NCBI RefSeq assembly: GCF_009914755.1
Contig: NC_060927.1
DNA from: the human T2T-CHM13v2.0 reference genome, Homo sapiens
DNA length: 64,000 bases
Reading direction: 5' to 3' (one strand)
A program made the translations under genes and the position numbers. Position 1 is the first letter of the stretch. Every line of letters starts with the position of its first letter. Positions 13,055 to 25,421 of this stretch are shown here, piece by piece. Under the pieces are notes generated by a model that was not told where the DNA came from, made no database searches, and saw only the letters and a program-made list of their open reading frames with translations.

Positions 13055-16000
13055 ATTTTTAACCAATAAAAATTTATTTCACTAAACTTTGAACACCTTT
13101 CTCAATTTCCTCAATATTACAGTAGAAAACAGTTCATAACAGAGACAAATGACTTGTAAAGTTTTAAATGTGTATAGTTACTTATGCAAAATGTCTCTTA
13201 TAGCTTATGTTATGGAGAACTGGTTAATCAAATCAAAATACAAATCTACTACCTAGAGAGTACAATAATATGGAAATGATTCATTTAAAAGAATCTAGTT
13301 TGTAAATCAACTTCACTTATAAAATATTACCCCAAGAATTATAATTCTATCAAGCTTCAATGTGAACAAATGTACAATCACTTAAACAACAGCTGTTAAA
13401 CTAAAAAAGAATTCAAAATGCATTTAGAAGAATGACAGAGACATTATTGTTCTGGTTCAGACCTTCAGAAGGAGGCTCTCTTGAAGGCTGGCTCAGCCCT
13501 AGGGAATTCATTTCTTGGTAATGGGAGTAAAATCCAGCTCTTGTGCAAGAGTCACAGGGAAACTCCCGTGATGGACAGATGTCCCTCAGTGCCAATGCAG
13601 GCTGAAAGGACCAGGAAAATCCCCTATGGAAAGTAATCTCAGGACTTCATAGGGATTTCTTGGAGGAAAGGGAGATACAAGAGGTCCCTCCCCTTGTATC
13701 CCAATGGATCCATTCCTAACATGGAAACTCAACTGGATGATGTGGTTGAGGTAGTAGAGATGGATCAGGAGGACCTAAACAACCAAAAGCATCTTCACAA
13801 TGCATCCCACCAGACTCCATTTTTTTTTAAGTGTGGACCAATTGCTCTTCAAAAGCAGTCCCATTCAAACTTGTGAATCTTGTTCATGTAGAAAGATCAC
13901 CAGTGTCTGAAGCAGAAAGATAAACTTTGTCTTGTACATGTGGACAAAGAGCAGGATATCGTTGGCCTGGTGGGAACTATATCATGCTAGGGTCTAGATC
14001 CCATGAGATAGCATCTGGCAATGCAAGGCAGTATTGAAGCTCGAATCCCCAAACCATCCCAGCTGGACATACCTCCTGTCTTGAGGATCTGATTTTCCAG
14101 CAAATTGCGTGGTTCCTGTGGGCCTCCGCCAAACACTGCATGTGGATCAGCAAGGCCTTCAGGACCCTTTTCTAAAAATCTCAAGTTTAACGTCTTCAGC
14201 TGCTTTTGGTCTTCCGTGTGCATTCTTTTCTCCTAAGTTGTAGAGGGTTTTTGTCCAGCCTAAATTATCATCGGCAATTCAAGAGCTGTTATCGAGAGCA
14301 ATGGTTTGGTTTTTCAAAGGGCAAGTAAGTCCTTTCATTTCATATCCTAAAGCTTTGGCTTACTTTTAATTTTTGTTTTTATTTTTTGGCCTCCAGATCT
14401 TCAGGGCATGGCTCACATTTTTATTTGCTGTGGAACTTTTCTTCTCAATCGCAAATCATTCTCTCCCTCTACAGAATAATTTTCTGTGAGTTTTCTTATC
14501 ATTGTCTTGATAAGAAAGCTCAGTCTTCAAGTTCATGCTAAAGCTTTTGAATCTCATTTTAATATTTTCATTTTCTGATCAACAATGCATTTATTTTGTT
14601 TGAGAGTTTTGATATAATTTGCTAGTGACTGTTTTATCTTCTCTAGCTAGTTGAGTATATATTCAACTTTCTGCTTCAAGAGTTTATAAGGAAGCATTTA
14701 GCTTGATGTTATCGGTTTCCTCAAAGCTCATATTGACTGGTCATTTAGGTGGTATCCAATTCCTGATCTAATTCTTTCCATTTCCTGGTGACTTCATCTA
14801 TATTATCTTTTCCTAGGACAGCAGCCAAACCCACCATCTTTAGCAGAGAGATTAGTAAGAGTTTTGATCTGATGTTCTTTCTCATGTAGAATTTTTCCAC
14901 CCATGCTTTGGAGCAGTGGTTCTCAAAGTGCAGGAGTTGGGGGTCCCAAGACTCTTTCAGAAGATTGTGAGATCCTCTGAAACTATTTTCATAATAATAC
15001 TAAGACAGTATATATTTTTGTCACCATTGACATTTTGTACTGATAATGCAAATCAATGCTGGGTAAAACTGGTGACACTGTAGTATGAATCAAGGCAGAG
15101 GCACCAAATAGTACTAGTAGTCATTGTATTCTTCTTTGCCTTGCAATCTCAGTTTAAAAAAAAAAAAACAAACAAAACAAAAACAGCTTCACTTAAGTGT
15201 GTCCTTGATGAAGCAGGAGAAAACAACTATTAATTTTATTTTATAAAATAAAGTTTTACCTATCTAAGCCTGACACCTTGATACAAATTGTTCCAGTATC
15301 TTGAACAACAAAATTAGAAGCACACATAAAATATTTCTGCTCCATACTGAGCTATGACGACCGTCCAGAGGCAAAGCGTATGGAAAGCATGTGCAGTTGA
15401 TTGAGTTGCAAGCTAAATGACTACCTTTTTTTAATAAAAAAACTATTTTCACCTGAAAGAAAAACTGACAAACTATATAAATTTAAGTATTGGCAGACAT
15501 TTTCATAAAAATAATCAAAGTAAGCCTATCACTTGACAGAAAACTGACAGCATTTTTTGCTAATGATAAAATTCAACTTTCCAAGTGAATACTAGAATAT
15601 AGGAAAAAATTATATCTGTTACCATGAGCTTGACAGCTTCCCAATACTTAAAAAAAATCTCATTAAATCAGTGGAGTTATTAATAAATGTAATATTTTGA
15701 TATTTTACAATAAAATATGTCAATATTTGGAAAATTTTAATAACTCAATGAACCAATACTTTTCAAGTGGTCAATATATGATGTTACAAAACCATGCATA
15801 GGTAAAATAAATCCATTCAAAGTGTGGTATCTAGACCAACTAGTTTTAATGTAACAGAATTTGGAAATTTCATTAATCTAATGTCAGATTCCACATCGCA
15901 ACCACCCTTTAATAAATAATTATCAGGTTTTAGTAGTAACAAAGAATACCCACAATTATCTAAAAAGCCTATTAACATACTCCTCCCTTTTCCAAGTACA

Positions 16001-17100
16001 TATTTGCGTAAGACAAGATTTTCTTTATATACCTGAATTAAAACAACATAGTGCAATGTATTGAATGCAAAAGCAGTTATAAGAATTCAGCTATCTTCTA
16101 TTAAGCCAGACTTTAAAGAAATTTGCAAGTCTATACAACACCAGTCATTTCACTAATTTTGTTGTTGTTTTGGAGAAATTTGGTGATTTTAAATTAAAAT
16201 TTGTTATTTATTTTAAAATGTAAGCAGCTTATAAAAATACAAATCCTTAATTATTATGATAAATACAATAATGAATAAATATTTATCTTAAAATTTATCC
16301 ATTCAATTTCCAGTGCAGTAAGCATCAATAGATCTAATCCACATAAAGAAAAACTTTTTGGGGTCCTCAATACTTTTTAAGACTGTAAAGGGGTCCTGAC
16401 ACTAAAAAGTGTAGAACTGCTAGTTTAGAGACCTCAACCACTTTTTTCCTGCTTATTGAGTTTCTCCCTCTTTCTATCCACCAGCCTATTAGGAAAGTAA
16501 TTTTATGCTTTCCTAAACATGGGCATATTCATCCACACTTTTCTTTAATGCTGTCATTAGTTATTCTTCACTCTTCTAACATAACTTTAAAGTTGTTTTG
16601 GCTTCAGCCACTTGGGATTGAATGGCTTCTGATTTATCTTCTAGCAACTGTATTCTTGTGATGTGAGTCCTCACCAACTCTTATTCTGGACATCTAGATT
16701 TCTGTTCTCTTGATTCTTTTCCTGAAAAGTCTATTTAACCTTAAGAAGGACCTTTTCAGTTTTTGGAGTTTTTAAAAATTATTTGCCTCCAGACTCAGCT
16801 TGGTCTTCAGAAGGCTGGCCTCCATCAAAAAGGATTCCAGTGCTTCATAATTTCTTAATATTCCCGAGCACAAAATTTTACTTTTTCTTTGTCTAAGGCA
16901 GAAAAAGTTATGCCAAGCTTCTTCTCCCCACCTCTAAAAGTTGATGTTTATCTACAAAAAAACCTCATACCATCTCCTGGCAATGCCCCTGAGGGCTGCA
17001 CCTGGGCTCACACCTTCAGAGATGGTGCTCACCCCTACAGGGCATTTTCAGGATGGCCCGGTGGAAAGCTTTGTAGACATCACCAGGCTCTAGAGCCACA
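13055..17100 (-). pseudogene. CTAGE5: Processed pseudogene (retrocopy) of cTAGE5/MIA2, interrupted by Charlie1a; the symbol is that of the parent gene
   Basis: Minus-strand translations are colinear with recalled cTAGE5 protein: GGEKKLGITFSAL (GREKKLALMLSGL), RIQLLEDKSEAIQSQVAEAKTT ([22 protein letters not shown]), KEHQIKTLT (KESHIKTLT), LNASL*TLEAE (LNASLKTLEGE), FPPGQRYP (FPPPGQSYP), ALRDICPSREFP..RAGFY (AMRNVYPPRGFP..RPGFF). No introns. 3'UTR-like segment 13060-13440, AATAAA at 13073-13078 (minus strand) and a degenerate A tail. Many stops and frameshifts. Confidence 0.9.
14914..16422 (+). mobile_element. Charlie1a-type hAT DNA transposon, essentially full length
   Basis: Termini cagtggttctcaaagtg ... 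aaaaagtgtagaactgcta; internal gaatcaaggcagaggcaccaaatagtactagtagtcattgtattc; 8-bp TSD ctttggag / gtttagag (6/8 identical). Confidence 0.88.
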
Positions 17101-17639
17101 GAAAGCCCAGGTCATCAGAGTTTTGTGAGGCCCAGAAAAGCACTCTGTAGAGTGTTCTGCTCAAAATACATGGGCCTAGCAAGCGGAACAGATCAGCAGT
17201 GGGAGCAGTCAGGGAGGAGCAGGAAGGAACAAAAATGACAAAACAGAGCTTTTCAACATTTTCTATATCATGGCCACACCAGTAAATCATTGTCACCAAA
17301 AGAAATGGGAGGTTCTTTGTGGCCTAGGGTACAGGCCCCACCTGGAAGCTGGGAGAGATGAAGTGTCCACATCATTCCACACCTATGGGCCCTTCCAGGA
17401 TTGCTGACCAACAAGATGTTCTCTGCAGGAAAGGGCTTGTATGTTCATGTCATGGGCCCAGCTACCTCCTTTATGTCCTACAGTCCTAGACTTGTGATTC
17501 TGTCTGCAAAAGTCCCAGAGATCTCCCTCCCCGCACACCCCGACTCAAGGTTATTTTGTCAGTATGGGAGCATCCATGTGCATGGCTGAGTCAGGAATAC
17601 AAAGGGCCATACAGTACATTTCAGTAATCTGTATAATGG

Positions 17640-17998
17640 TGATATGGTCTGGCTCTGTGTCCCCACCCACATCTCATCTCGAATTGTAATCCCCACATGT
17701 CTGGGGAGGGACCTGGTGGAGGTGGTTGGATCATGGGGGTGGTTTCCCCTATGCTGTTCTCATGATAGGGAGTTCTCACAAGATCTGCTTGTTTAAAAGT
17801 GGCAGTTTCCCCTGTACTCTCTCCTGCTGCCATGTAAGACATGCCTTGCTTCCTCTTCACCTTCTGCTTTTATTGTAAGTTTCCTGAGGCCTTCCCAGCC
17901 ATGCAGAAATGTGAGTCAATTAAACCTATTTTCTTCATAAATTACCCAGTGTCAGGCAATTCTTAATAGCAGTGTGAAAATGGACTATTAATAATGCA
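17640..17998 (+). mobile_element. THE1 (C/D-like) MaLR solo LTR
   Basis: tgatatggtctggctctgtgtccccaccc...tgtgagtcaattaaacct...aaattacccagt; approximate TSD aatgg. Confidence 0.92.
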
Positions 17999-17999
17999 A

Positions 18000-19950
18000 T
18001 GGCAGATTTGTCTATTTCTCTCTTTAGTTATGTCAGTTTTGCTTCAAGTATTTTAGTGCTCTATCACTAGATGCATACACATTTAGGATCATTATGTCTT
18101 CCTGATGCTTGACCCTTTCATCATTATTATGAAGTAACCCTCTTCATCTCTGGTAACACTTTCTCTTGAGGTATTATTTTTTACATTAATAAAACCAGAG
18201 CAGCTTTCTTATGCTTAGTGTTTGTATGGTGTATCTTTGCCCACCCACTATCAACTTTTTTTTTTCTATGAAATTTGTCTCATGTAAACAGCAAATGTTA
18301 GATCTTGCTTTTTCATCTAACCTCTGACTCCTTGGCTTTTGCACGGAAGTTTTAGTCTATTTACATTCAATTTTATTATTGATACAGTGGAATTTTTTTT
18401 CTCTTTTTCTAATTTCCTACCTTCTTTTGGATTAATTAGGTTTTGTTTCATTATGTTTTGTTGTTTTTAAGTACTTTATTTTTGGTGTTATCCTTTAGTG
18501 ATTGGTCTAGAGATTAAAATATGAATCTTTAGATATCAAGTAAAATGATATTAAACTACTTTATTAATAATTCAGGAAACTTACAACATTCTAATTGTAT
18601 TTAACCCCTTTCATATCGTTTTTGCTCTTGTTGTCATATGAGTTACTTCCATATATGTTATAATCCCACAATATATTTTTATTACTATACTTTGTTTTAA
18701 AAAAAATGGTCAATAATAAAGAATATACATGTGTGTGCATGGAGCTATACATTATATATACATTATAATGTATGTAATTATACATTATATAATGTATAAT
18801 TATATATAATGTATGTATAATGTATATTATACATTATATATTACAGTGTATATAATGTATGTATATATGTATATATCATATAATTATATATGATTATACA
18901 TTATAATTATATATAATGTATATAATGTATATATAATGTATATCTCTATGCACACACACACGCATATAGTCTTTATTATTGAACATTTAAAACAAGATAT
19001 ATATATTAAACCATTTAAATAATGTATTTATAAATTACTTGTAGTAAGAATTTGCCATTATTCTGTAAGCATAATAATATGCCTTTTTCTTCAAACTAAT
19101 TTTATTTTTTTTTATCTTCATCTTTTGGAAGTTGACTACAATTTGCTTGTAGTTTATTTTGAATTTATATTGCTTGAAGTTCACAGAGATTTATGGATCT
19201 GTTTCATCAGTTTGGACACATTCATGGCCATCGTCTCTTCGAATATTTTTTTCTGCCCCATTATCTCTTTCCCTTCTTTTAAAACTCCTATTATATTTGA
19301 TCATTTGATATTGTACCTAAAGTCTCAGATTTTTTTTCAGTTTTGCATACTTATTTTCCTTTTTTATTCAGTTTATATAATCTCTTTTAGCCTTTCTCCA
19401 TGTTTACTGATCTTTTCCTGTTAGTAAGCCTATCAATTCAATTATTAAAATTAATTCTGATAGATATTTTTCAATTCTATCATTTCCATTTGGCTTTTAA
19501 TATTTTCCAATTATTTTCTGAAAGTCTACATTTGTTGTGCCACATCTGAGTCTAATTCTTTTAACTCTTTTTTTCCCCCTCTGGATTATAGGTCACATTT
19601 TCTTCCTTTGTCTCCTGACTTGTTTGTTTTTAAAAATTATGTGCCAGAGATTTTGTACAAAAGTACAATGAAAACTGAAGTAAATAATATTCACTCCCAG
19701 GAAAGAGTATGCCCCTTCCTCTCTCAGGCCACTAGTACATGGATGGGTGGCAAGAGAAGGGGACAGTGGTGAGTCAGTCTAATCTGAAGTTTAGCTGAAT
19801 TTGGACATTGTTGGCATCTCATTTAGTGAGATTTAGTTCAAATATTCTGATGGTAGGATCAGACCTCTTCAGCAGGGCTTTGGATCTGAGCATCAGTGAC
19901 AGTCTGGAAACTTCTCTGTGCTTCGGACCTCTGTGTCCAGCTATCAAGTT
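18000..19950 (-). mobile_element. Ancient L1ME fragments (start of ORF2 to 5' region)
   Basis: gatttgtctatttctctctttagt...gcatacacatttaggat...; T-rich antisense L1 character throughout. Confidence 0.7.
18686..19001. repeat. AT-rich imperfect palindrome with a (TATAATG)-like core
   Basis: Left arm tcaataataaagaatatacatgtgtgtgcatggagctatacattatatatacattata is the near reverse complement of right arm tataatgtatatataatgtatatctctatgcacacacacacgcatatagtctttattattga. Confidence 0.9.
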
Positions 19951-20439
19951 TTTGGGTTGCTAGTGAGTTCCATTTGCTATGATACCAATTTATTTTGTTT
20001 TTTTTTAAACTTGGAAATTATTTAAACTCCCTACAAGAAGAGAATGCTTATGTAAGTTATAGAAAAACCAGTAGTGAAAATGTATGCACTGGTTTATAAA
20101 ATACTTCTGAGGAAAAAGCAAAATCCTTAACATGTAATGTTAAATTTAAAAAAACAGAACATTAAGCTATATGAAACAGAAACTATGCAAAAAATATGTA
20201 TATACATAGAGAGAGAAAAATGAGTATTGAAAAGAAGCCCCTAAAAATAAAATGTTTGAGTCATTCATGTCACAGGATCATGAGCTGCTTTGTTTTAATT
20301 TTTATTTTGATTTCCACCGATATTGCCAGTTGTATTATATATGATATAAAGTACTTAAAAAGACAACCTAAGTCATTTGGGGCAAATCTTAGACAAGTCA
20401 GAAATAACAATAAAATATCTTAGTCTATGAAAGATAATC

Positions 20440-20897
20440 CAGAGCAGAAACAGGCCAGCTGTCCTCTTCTCCCTTAAGGCCCACACAAAAGGAAACTAGT
20501 TTAAAATATAGCAGGAAGACTGAATTAGGAGAAAAGAAGAAAGAGCCTTTGGACCATCAGGGTTGTAAAATGATGGCTAAAATGACAGAGTAAGAAAAGA
20601 GGAATGACTTAGAAAAACCCAGGTGCTGGGTAGTTCAGTCCTGCCCATAGGTTCTACATTAATTGATGATAATGTTGTCAGACATCTCAGAGGAAACCAT
20701 CTTTATTTCCATCACTATTATTACGGACTGGAACTGATTACTAAGGGAAGCTCTGGCATTTTTTCCCTGGAGGCCATTTAAAATCAGACATGAACAACTA
20801 CCTATCTAAATAACTCAGGTCCCATCATGCCTAGAGGCAGGGGATTGAACCAAATGGCCCCTAAAGGTCCTTTTAAACCCTATGACTTTGTGATTCC
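20440..20897 (+). mobile_element. CR1/L3 LINE 3' fragments
   Basis: aggaaactagtttaaaatatagcaggaag...; 3' end gcctagaggcaggggattgaaccaaatggcccctaaaggtcc...ctatgactttgtgattc. Confidence 0.65.
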
Positions 20898-22289
20898 TCT
20901 GCTAATAATATTAAGAAAGTGTTAATACCTAACTTTTTTCTAATCCTTTTTTATTTACTCTCTACTTGTATTTTTTCAGATTGGAAAGGGAAACTTCTTC
21001 CTGCAAATAGTCCATTCGCATCTCTCCCTGACACAAGGCTGAAATTTTAGTATTGCAAATATCACTGGGGAATATTTCTCAGCTGCAGTTGATTATTTCT
21101 TCTTTCACTACCAGATGTCACTGTACCTGGAAAGAATTCACTTAGCAAGGAAGGGGGAGGCAGTGAGCTGCAGAGGGAAGAAACAGTGTGCCAAAGAAAC
21201 TGGTGGGTGGGCCTGAGAGAGAGTGGAGGAGGCTGGGGAAAATTTGCTAAAAGTCAGAGACACAAAACTAGTATTTGAGATTAAAAATAAAATTAACTAA
21301 GCCATAGTTTGCGTGTGTGCACATGTGTGTATTTAAAGTGTCTTAAGACACCAAATTCTACACCATTCAATCGAAGCTATTTGACCATAGCAATTAAAAA
21401 TATTAATGATGCCAGTCTGAATCCTTCATAAGAACTCATCCCAAGCTGCCAGAAAAGGCAAAAAGTTTTAGGCAAGATTTACATACACCCATTCAGAATG
21501 AAAAATTGGTGACCTGAAATTAGCGGCCAGAATGAAAAGTAACCAAATAAACTTCTATTTTACACCGGAATTTATCATCTCTCTAATTTGTCAGTGGTCA
21601 ATTCTGGGAGTGCTTTTGGAGGACTGCCTTTTGCCCTTCTTTGGAATGTGATTTTCATCCAGGGAAGAAATGAGGGCAGGAATTATTGAAAGCCCTGTTT
21701 CAGATCAGCATTAACAATTCATGGAACTCATCTCTAGTTCTACCCAAGGCATTTGGAAGGACACCTGGCGTGTAGCAAAAGCTTGTTCAAAGTGTCTCCT
21801 AATCTGCTTTGAAATGCACAGTGGATTGGGGCCAACACAAGGTCAGCACCCGTCCTCATTTAGTGAGCTGGCTGGCTGTGCTCCTCCGGTAGAGGAACTG
21901 AGAAGACAGAACCTACTGCAAATCCACTGCAGAGTTTTTCAGCTGGTGGCTGAGGGTCTTTTGAAATGCAAACCTCTAGAGCTGAGGGGGAAGCTTGTTT
22001 TCCATTCTGGGCCACTGGCTCACAGAAGGGGAAAAAATAATCACCGAAAAGTAATTTAGGTTGGGTGATTTACAAAGTGAGAAAGATCAAAGGTTAAACT
22101 CACACAATTTAAATGTCGAGAATAGGGAATTTTCAACATGATTCATTAAATATACTCAATTTAGGGGGATGTATCTTGATTTCAGATGAGAAGCAGGTAA
22201 GGAAGACTTTCGTTCCTTCCACTCCACCAAACTTGATGCAGGTAAAATTAATGCATTCTACAGCACTGCCCATTCCCCCCAGCCACACT

Positions 22290-23548
22290 CTCTTCCTCTG
22301 GCTTCTGCGATGCCAAACTCTTCTGGTTTTCCTCCTCCTCCAACTTCCCACTCTTCAGTGTCACTTGCCAGGTCTTCCTCCTCTTCTCAAACTTGACTAT
22401 GATATACCCTTGACCATGAACTCCTCAAACTTGACTATGAAACCCTGTGATATACCTGCCTCCTTCAAGGTTGGTTCTTTAAGGCTTGGTCCTAGGCCTG
22501 CTTTTATTCTGCCAATGTACTACCCACCCACAGGACCTCATCCACACTGTAGCTCCACACCTTCTCTAAGCAGATGATCATGTGTTTGATCTTCATCCAC
22601 AGCTCCAGGCCCACACATCCAGCAGCCTGCTGACTGTGCCCCTTGTATGTCTCACACACAACTCAGCGTGATCCAGACTGACCTCCACCCCTTCCTTCAA
22701 TCCCAGTCTTCCTCCAGTGTTTCTTTCTCAGTGAAAGCAAATCCATCTGCTCAGTTTCAAAAGCTAGAAAACTAAGAGTCAGTCTTGAAACTCTCTCTCC
22801 CTCACCCCGCATCTAATCCATCTCCAAATCCTAAATATCTCCTCTTCTCTCTACTCCTAAAGTCCAAGCTGCCAGCATCTCTACATCCAAAATGGCAACA
22901 GCTTATTAACCAGTTTCTCTGCATCTACTTTTGCTCCCTTCAGTCCGTTCTGTGCATACCAGCCAGGGGGATTTTTCTACAGGGCAAAGCTGATTGTGCC
23001 TTGCTCCTGCTGAGAATTGTTCAATGCATTGTAATGCTTTTAGGATAAAGATCGACATCCTTATCACAGCCCAGAAAGCTGTGAAAGACTTGTCTGCACA
23101 ATTCTGCAGCCTCACCTTGAGATACCTTCCTGCCTTCCATGTCCTCTCCCAGTTCCACTCTAAAAACCACACAGGTTTTTCATTTTCTCAAGCTCACCCT
23201 ACTTCTCTCCACCTCAGCACCTTCAAAAAGGGCTGGTTCTTTTCTGGCCTTTCATGCTTCCTCCTCACCTTGTCTAGTTTCTTCTCATCTTTTAGATCTC
23301 AGTTCCTCACAGAAAGCTTCCTGCATCCAGAAAGCCAGGTCAAAACCTCTGCTTACTCAGTGTCGCAATGTCTTTGACTTTCTATTTTTGTAAGACTTTT
23401 CATACTTTTTCATTAAATGGTGACTCTACATATTTAGTTGTTTTCTATCTTTTGCATTGCTACTTTTCCCAGTGCCTAGTACTGTGCCCTGCACATAAGA
23501 TATATTCAATAAGACTGTCCCGAATGAATGAATGAATGAATGAATGAA
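22290..23548 (+). mobile_element. L2 3' portion ending in (GAAT)n
   Basis: C/T-rich L2 sequence; ends ccagtgcctagtactgtgccctgcacataag...(gaat)n. Confidence 0.8.
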
Positions 23549-23964
23549 TAATATAAAGAGATAAAATCACCCAAAAAATGAGAAAGATCATTTCTAGCCA
23601 ACTTACTCATAATTTGTGTGTTTTTATTTCTTTGAATTTGGTGAAATGCTATCTCTCTCAGTTACTTTTTTTGGTATTAGCAACCAACTTAAACCCCACT
23701 GGATTTTTTTTACATTAACTGAAGTCAAGCCAGGTATATCTCTATGCTTAAGCAATTTCTGTTTCATTTAAATGTAAAGTTTTATATTTGAGAAAAAAGT
23801 ATTTTTGAAATGAAATTCTGCAAGTCAAGATAATAACTGTTCTCACCAGATGTCATTTGAAAATACTATAATCATGACTTTCATGCCTTTTTCAAATTGT
23901 TAATAAATTGTCTTCTTATGCTAGCACCACAAAAACGCTACGATACACCTGCCTCTTTCCCCAT

Positions 23965-24444
23965 GTGGCAGGAATAATTGGTCAATTAATTCACTAGCCT
24001 TTCCCCAACCCTCTTAGTTTTTCCTTTTTAGTTATAAAGTTTAAAACATGCCAGAGACCCACTTTGCCAGTTTTCCTTGAAGCTAGTGTTGTCTAGTGAG
24101 AAATAAGGTACACCTATAGAAGAAATGTGGAAACATATTTTGCTGTCATTTAAAAAAAAAAAAAAGCAATATCAACCCAAGACATACTTTTTTAACACAA
24201 TTACTCAATTGCTTCTACTTTTGAGTGTGGTTGCACTGCCTGGAACCATGGAAGCCATCTGATGATCATGAGGTAACAAGCATGAAGGAAGAGTCAATAC
24301 GATGAAAATGAAGGAGCTTCTGAACCAGCCTGTTATGCCTATCCACAGAGTTCTTGTTATGAGAAATAACTGTATCTTCATTGCCTAAACCACTAATAGA
24401 TAGGTTTCCTGGGATTTACACTCAAACATATCTGAAATGATGCA
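23965..24444 (+). mobile_element. MLT1 (J/K-like) LTR
   Basis: ggaaccatggaagccatctgatgatcatgagg...ttcttgttatgagaaataac...cctaaaccact. Confidence 0.6.
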
Positions 24445-24964
24445 ATCAGTTAGAACGGGACATTGATCAACATTCCAAGTATAGTTGATCATTCAGACAC
24501 AACTCTGTCTACCTGTATTGAACAGCAATCATCATTTCTCTATCTTATCCACAAAGCTGTCTTGGAGACTTTATTTTAAATTCCTCATTCAAGTCAAGGT
24601 ACATTGAGACTGTGAGATTTCTCTCCTTTGAAAGTTCTGTAGGTTTACCCTATAAGCATTGCTCTTGGCCTGAAAAGAGTGTAGATAAGAGATATAGTGA
24701 GCTCAGGTCTTATGTCCGTGAGATTTGGTCTGGATTAACATTAAGCTTCTTAAGACCTTACTTTCTATCACCTTCGTCCTCCTCTTTTTCATAATTATTT
24801 TTTGAAGTGGATACGTACTCTTCTGAACATATAAAAATGAAAAAAACAACAAAACAAAGGCAATAAGTTCTCCCTGCTGCTCCTTCAAGCCCTTTAATGG
24901 TTCTTTATCCTGACAAATTCTTCAGAGGCTTTCTCCAATAAATAGAATAGTCACAGCATCCCCT

Positions 24965-25421
24965 GGTTTTAGTTAGACTATCAGCTGGAATTCTGTATCA
25001 GAGACCCAAAATAACAGTGGCCTCAATAAAAAGGTGATTATTTCTAACCTAACAGCCCAGGCATTGGCAGTCAGAGTGGTATGGTAGCCATAATTTCAGG
25101 CAGTTTCCCTCTTTCTTCTTCCTCTAGCATATCTTGTTGGCTTTTCCTCTTGGCCCACATCCAAACCATGGCATAAAAATGGGGACAGGAGAATGGAAGA
25201 TGTTCTTTTCCTTTTAAGGCATGACACAGGAATTGCCCTCATCCCTTCTGCCCACACGTAATTGACTAGAACTTAGTCACATGGCCACATCCCGGTGTAA
25301 GGAAGGCTAAAAAATGTAGTCAATATTATGGGAAGCCATGTGCACATAAAGATCAGGGATTTTACTACAAGAGAACAAAGTGAGAAAAAAAATTGAGGAA
25401 CAACTTACTGTCTCTATCAGA
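24965..25421 (-). mobile_element. MLT1 (I/J-like) LTR
   Basis: cccaaaataacagtggcctcaataa...agaacttagtcacatggccacatc...gaaggctaaaaaatgtagtc. Confidence 0.7.

Noticed and set aside
13055-17100. Alternative reading as a functional CTAGE gene or a MIA3/TANGO1 copy
   Set aside because: Many stops and frameshifts plus a transposon insertion exclude function. The C-terminal motifs and 3'UTR match recalled cTAGE5 rather than TANGO1.
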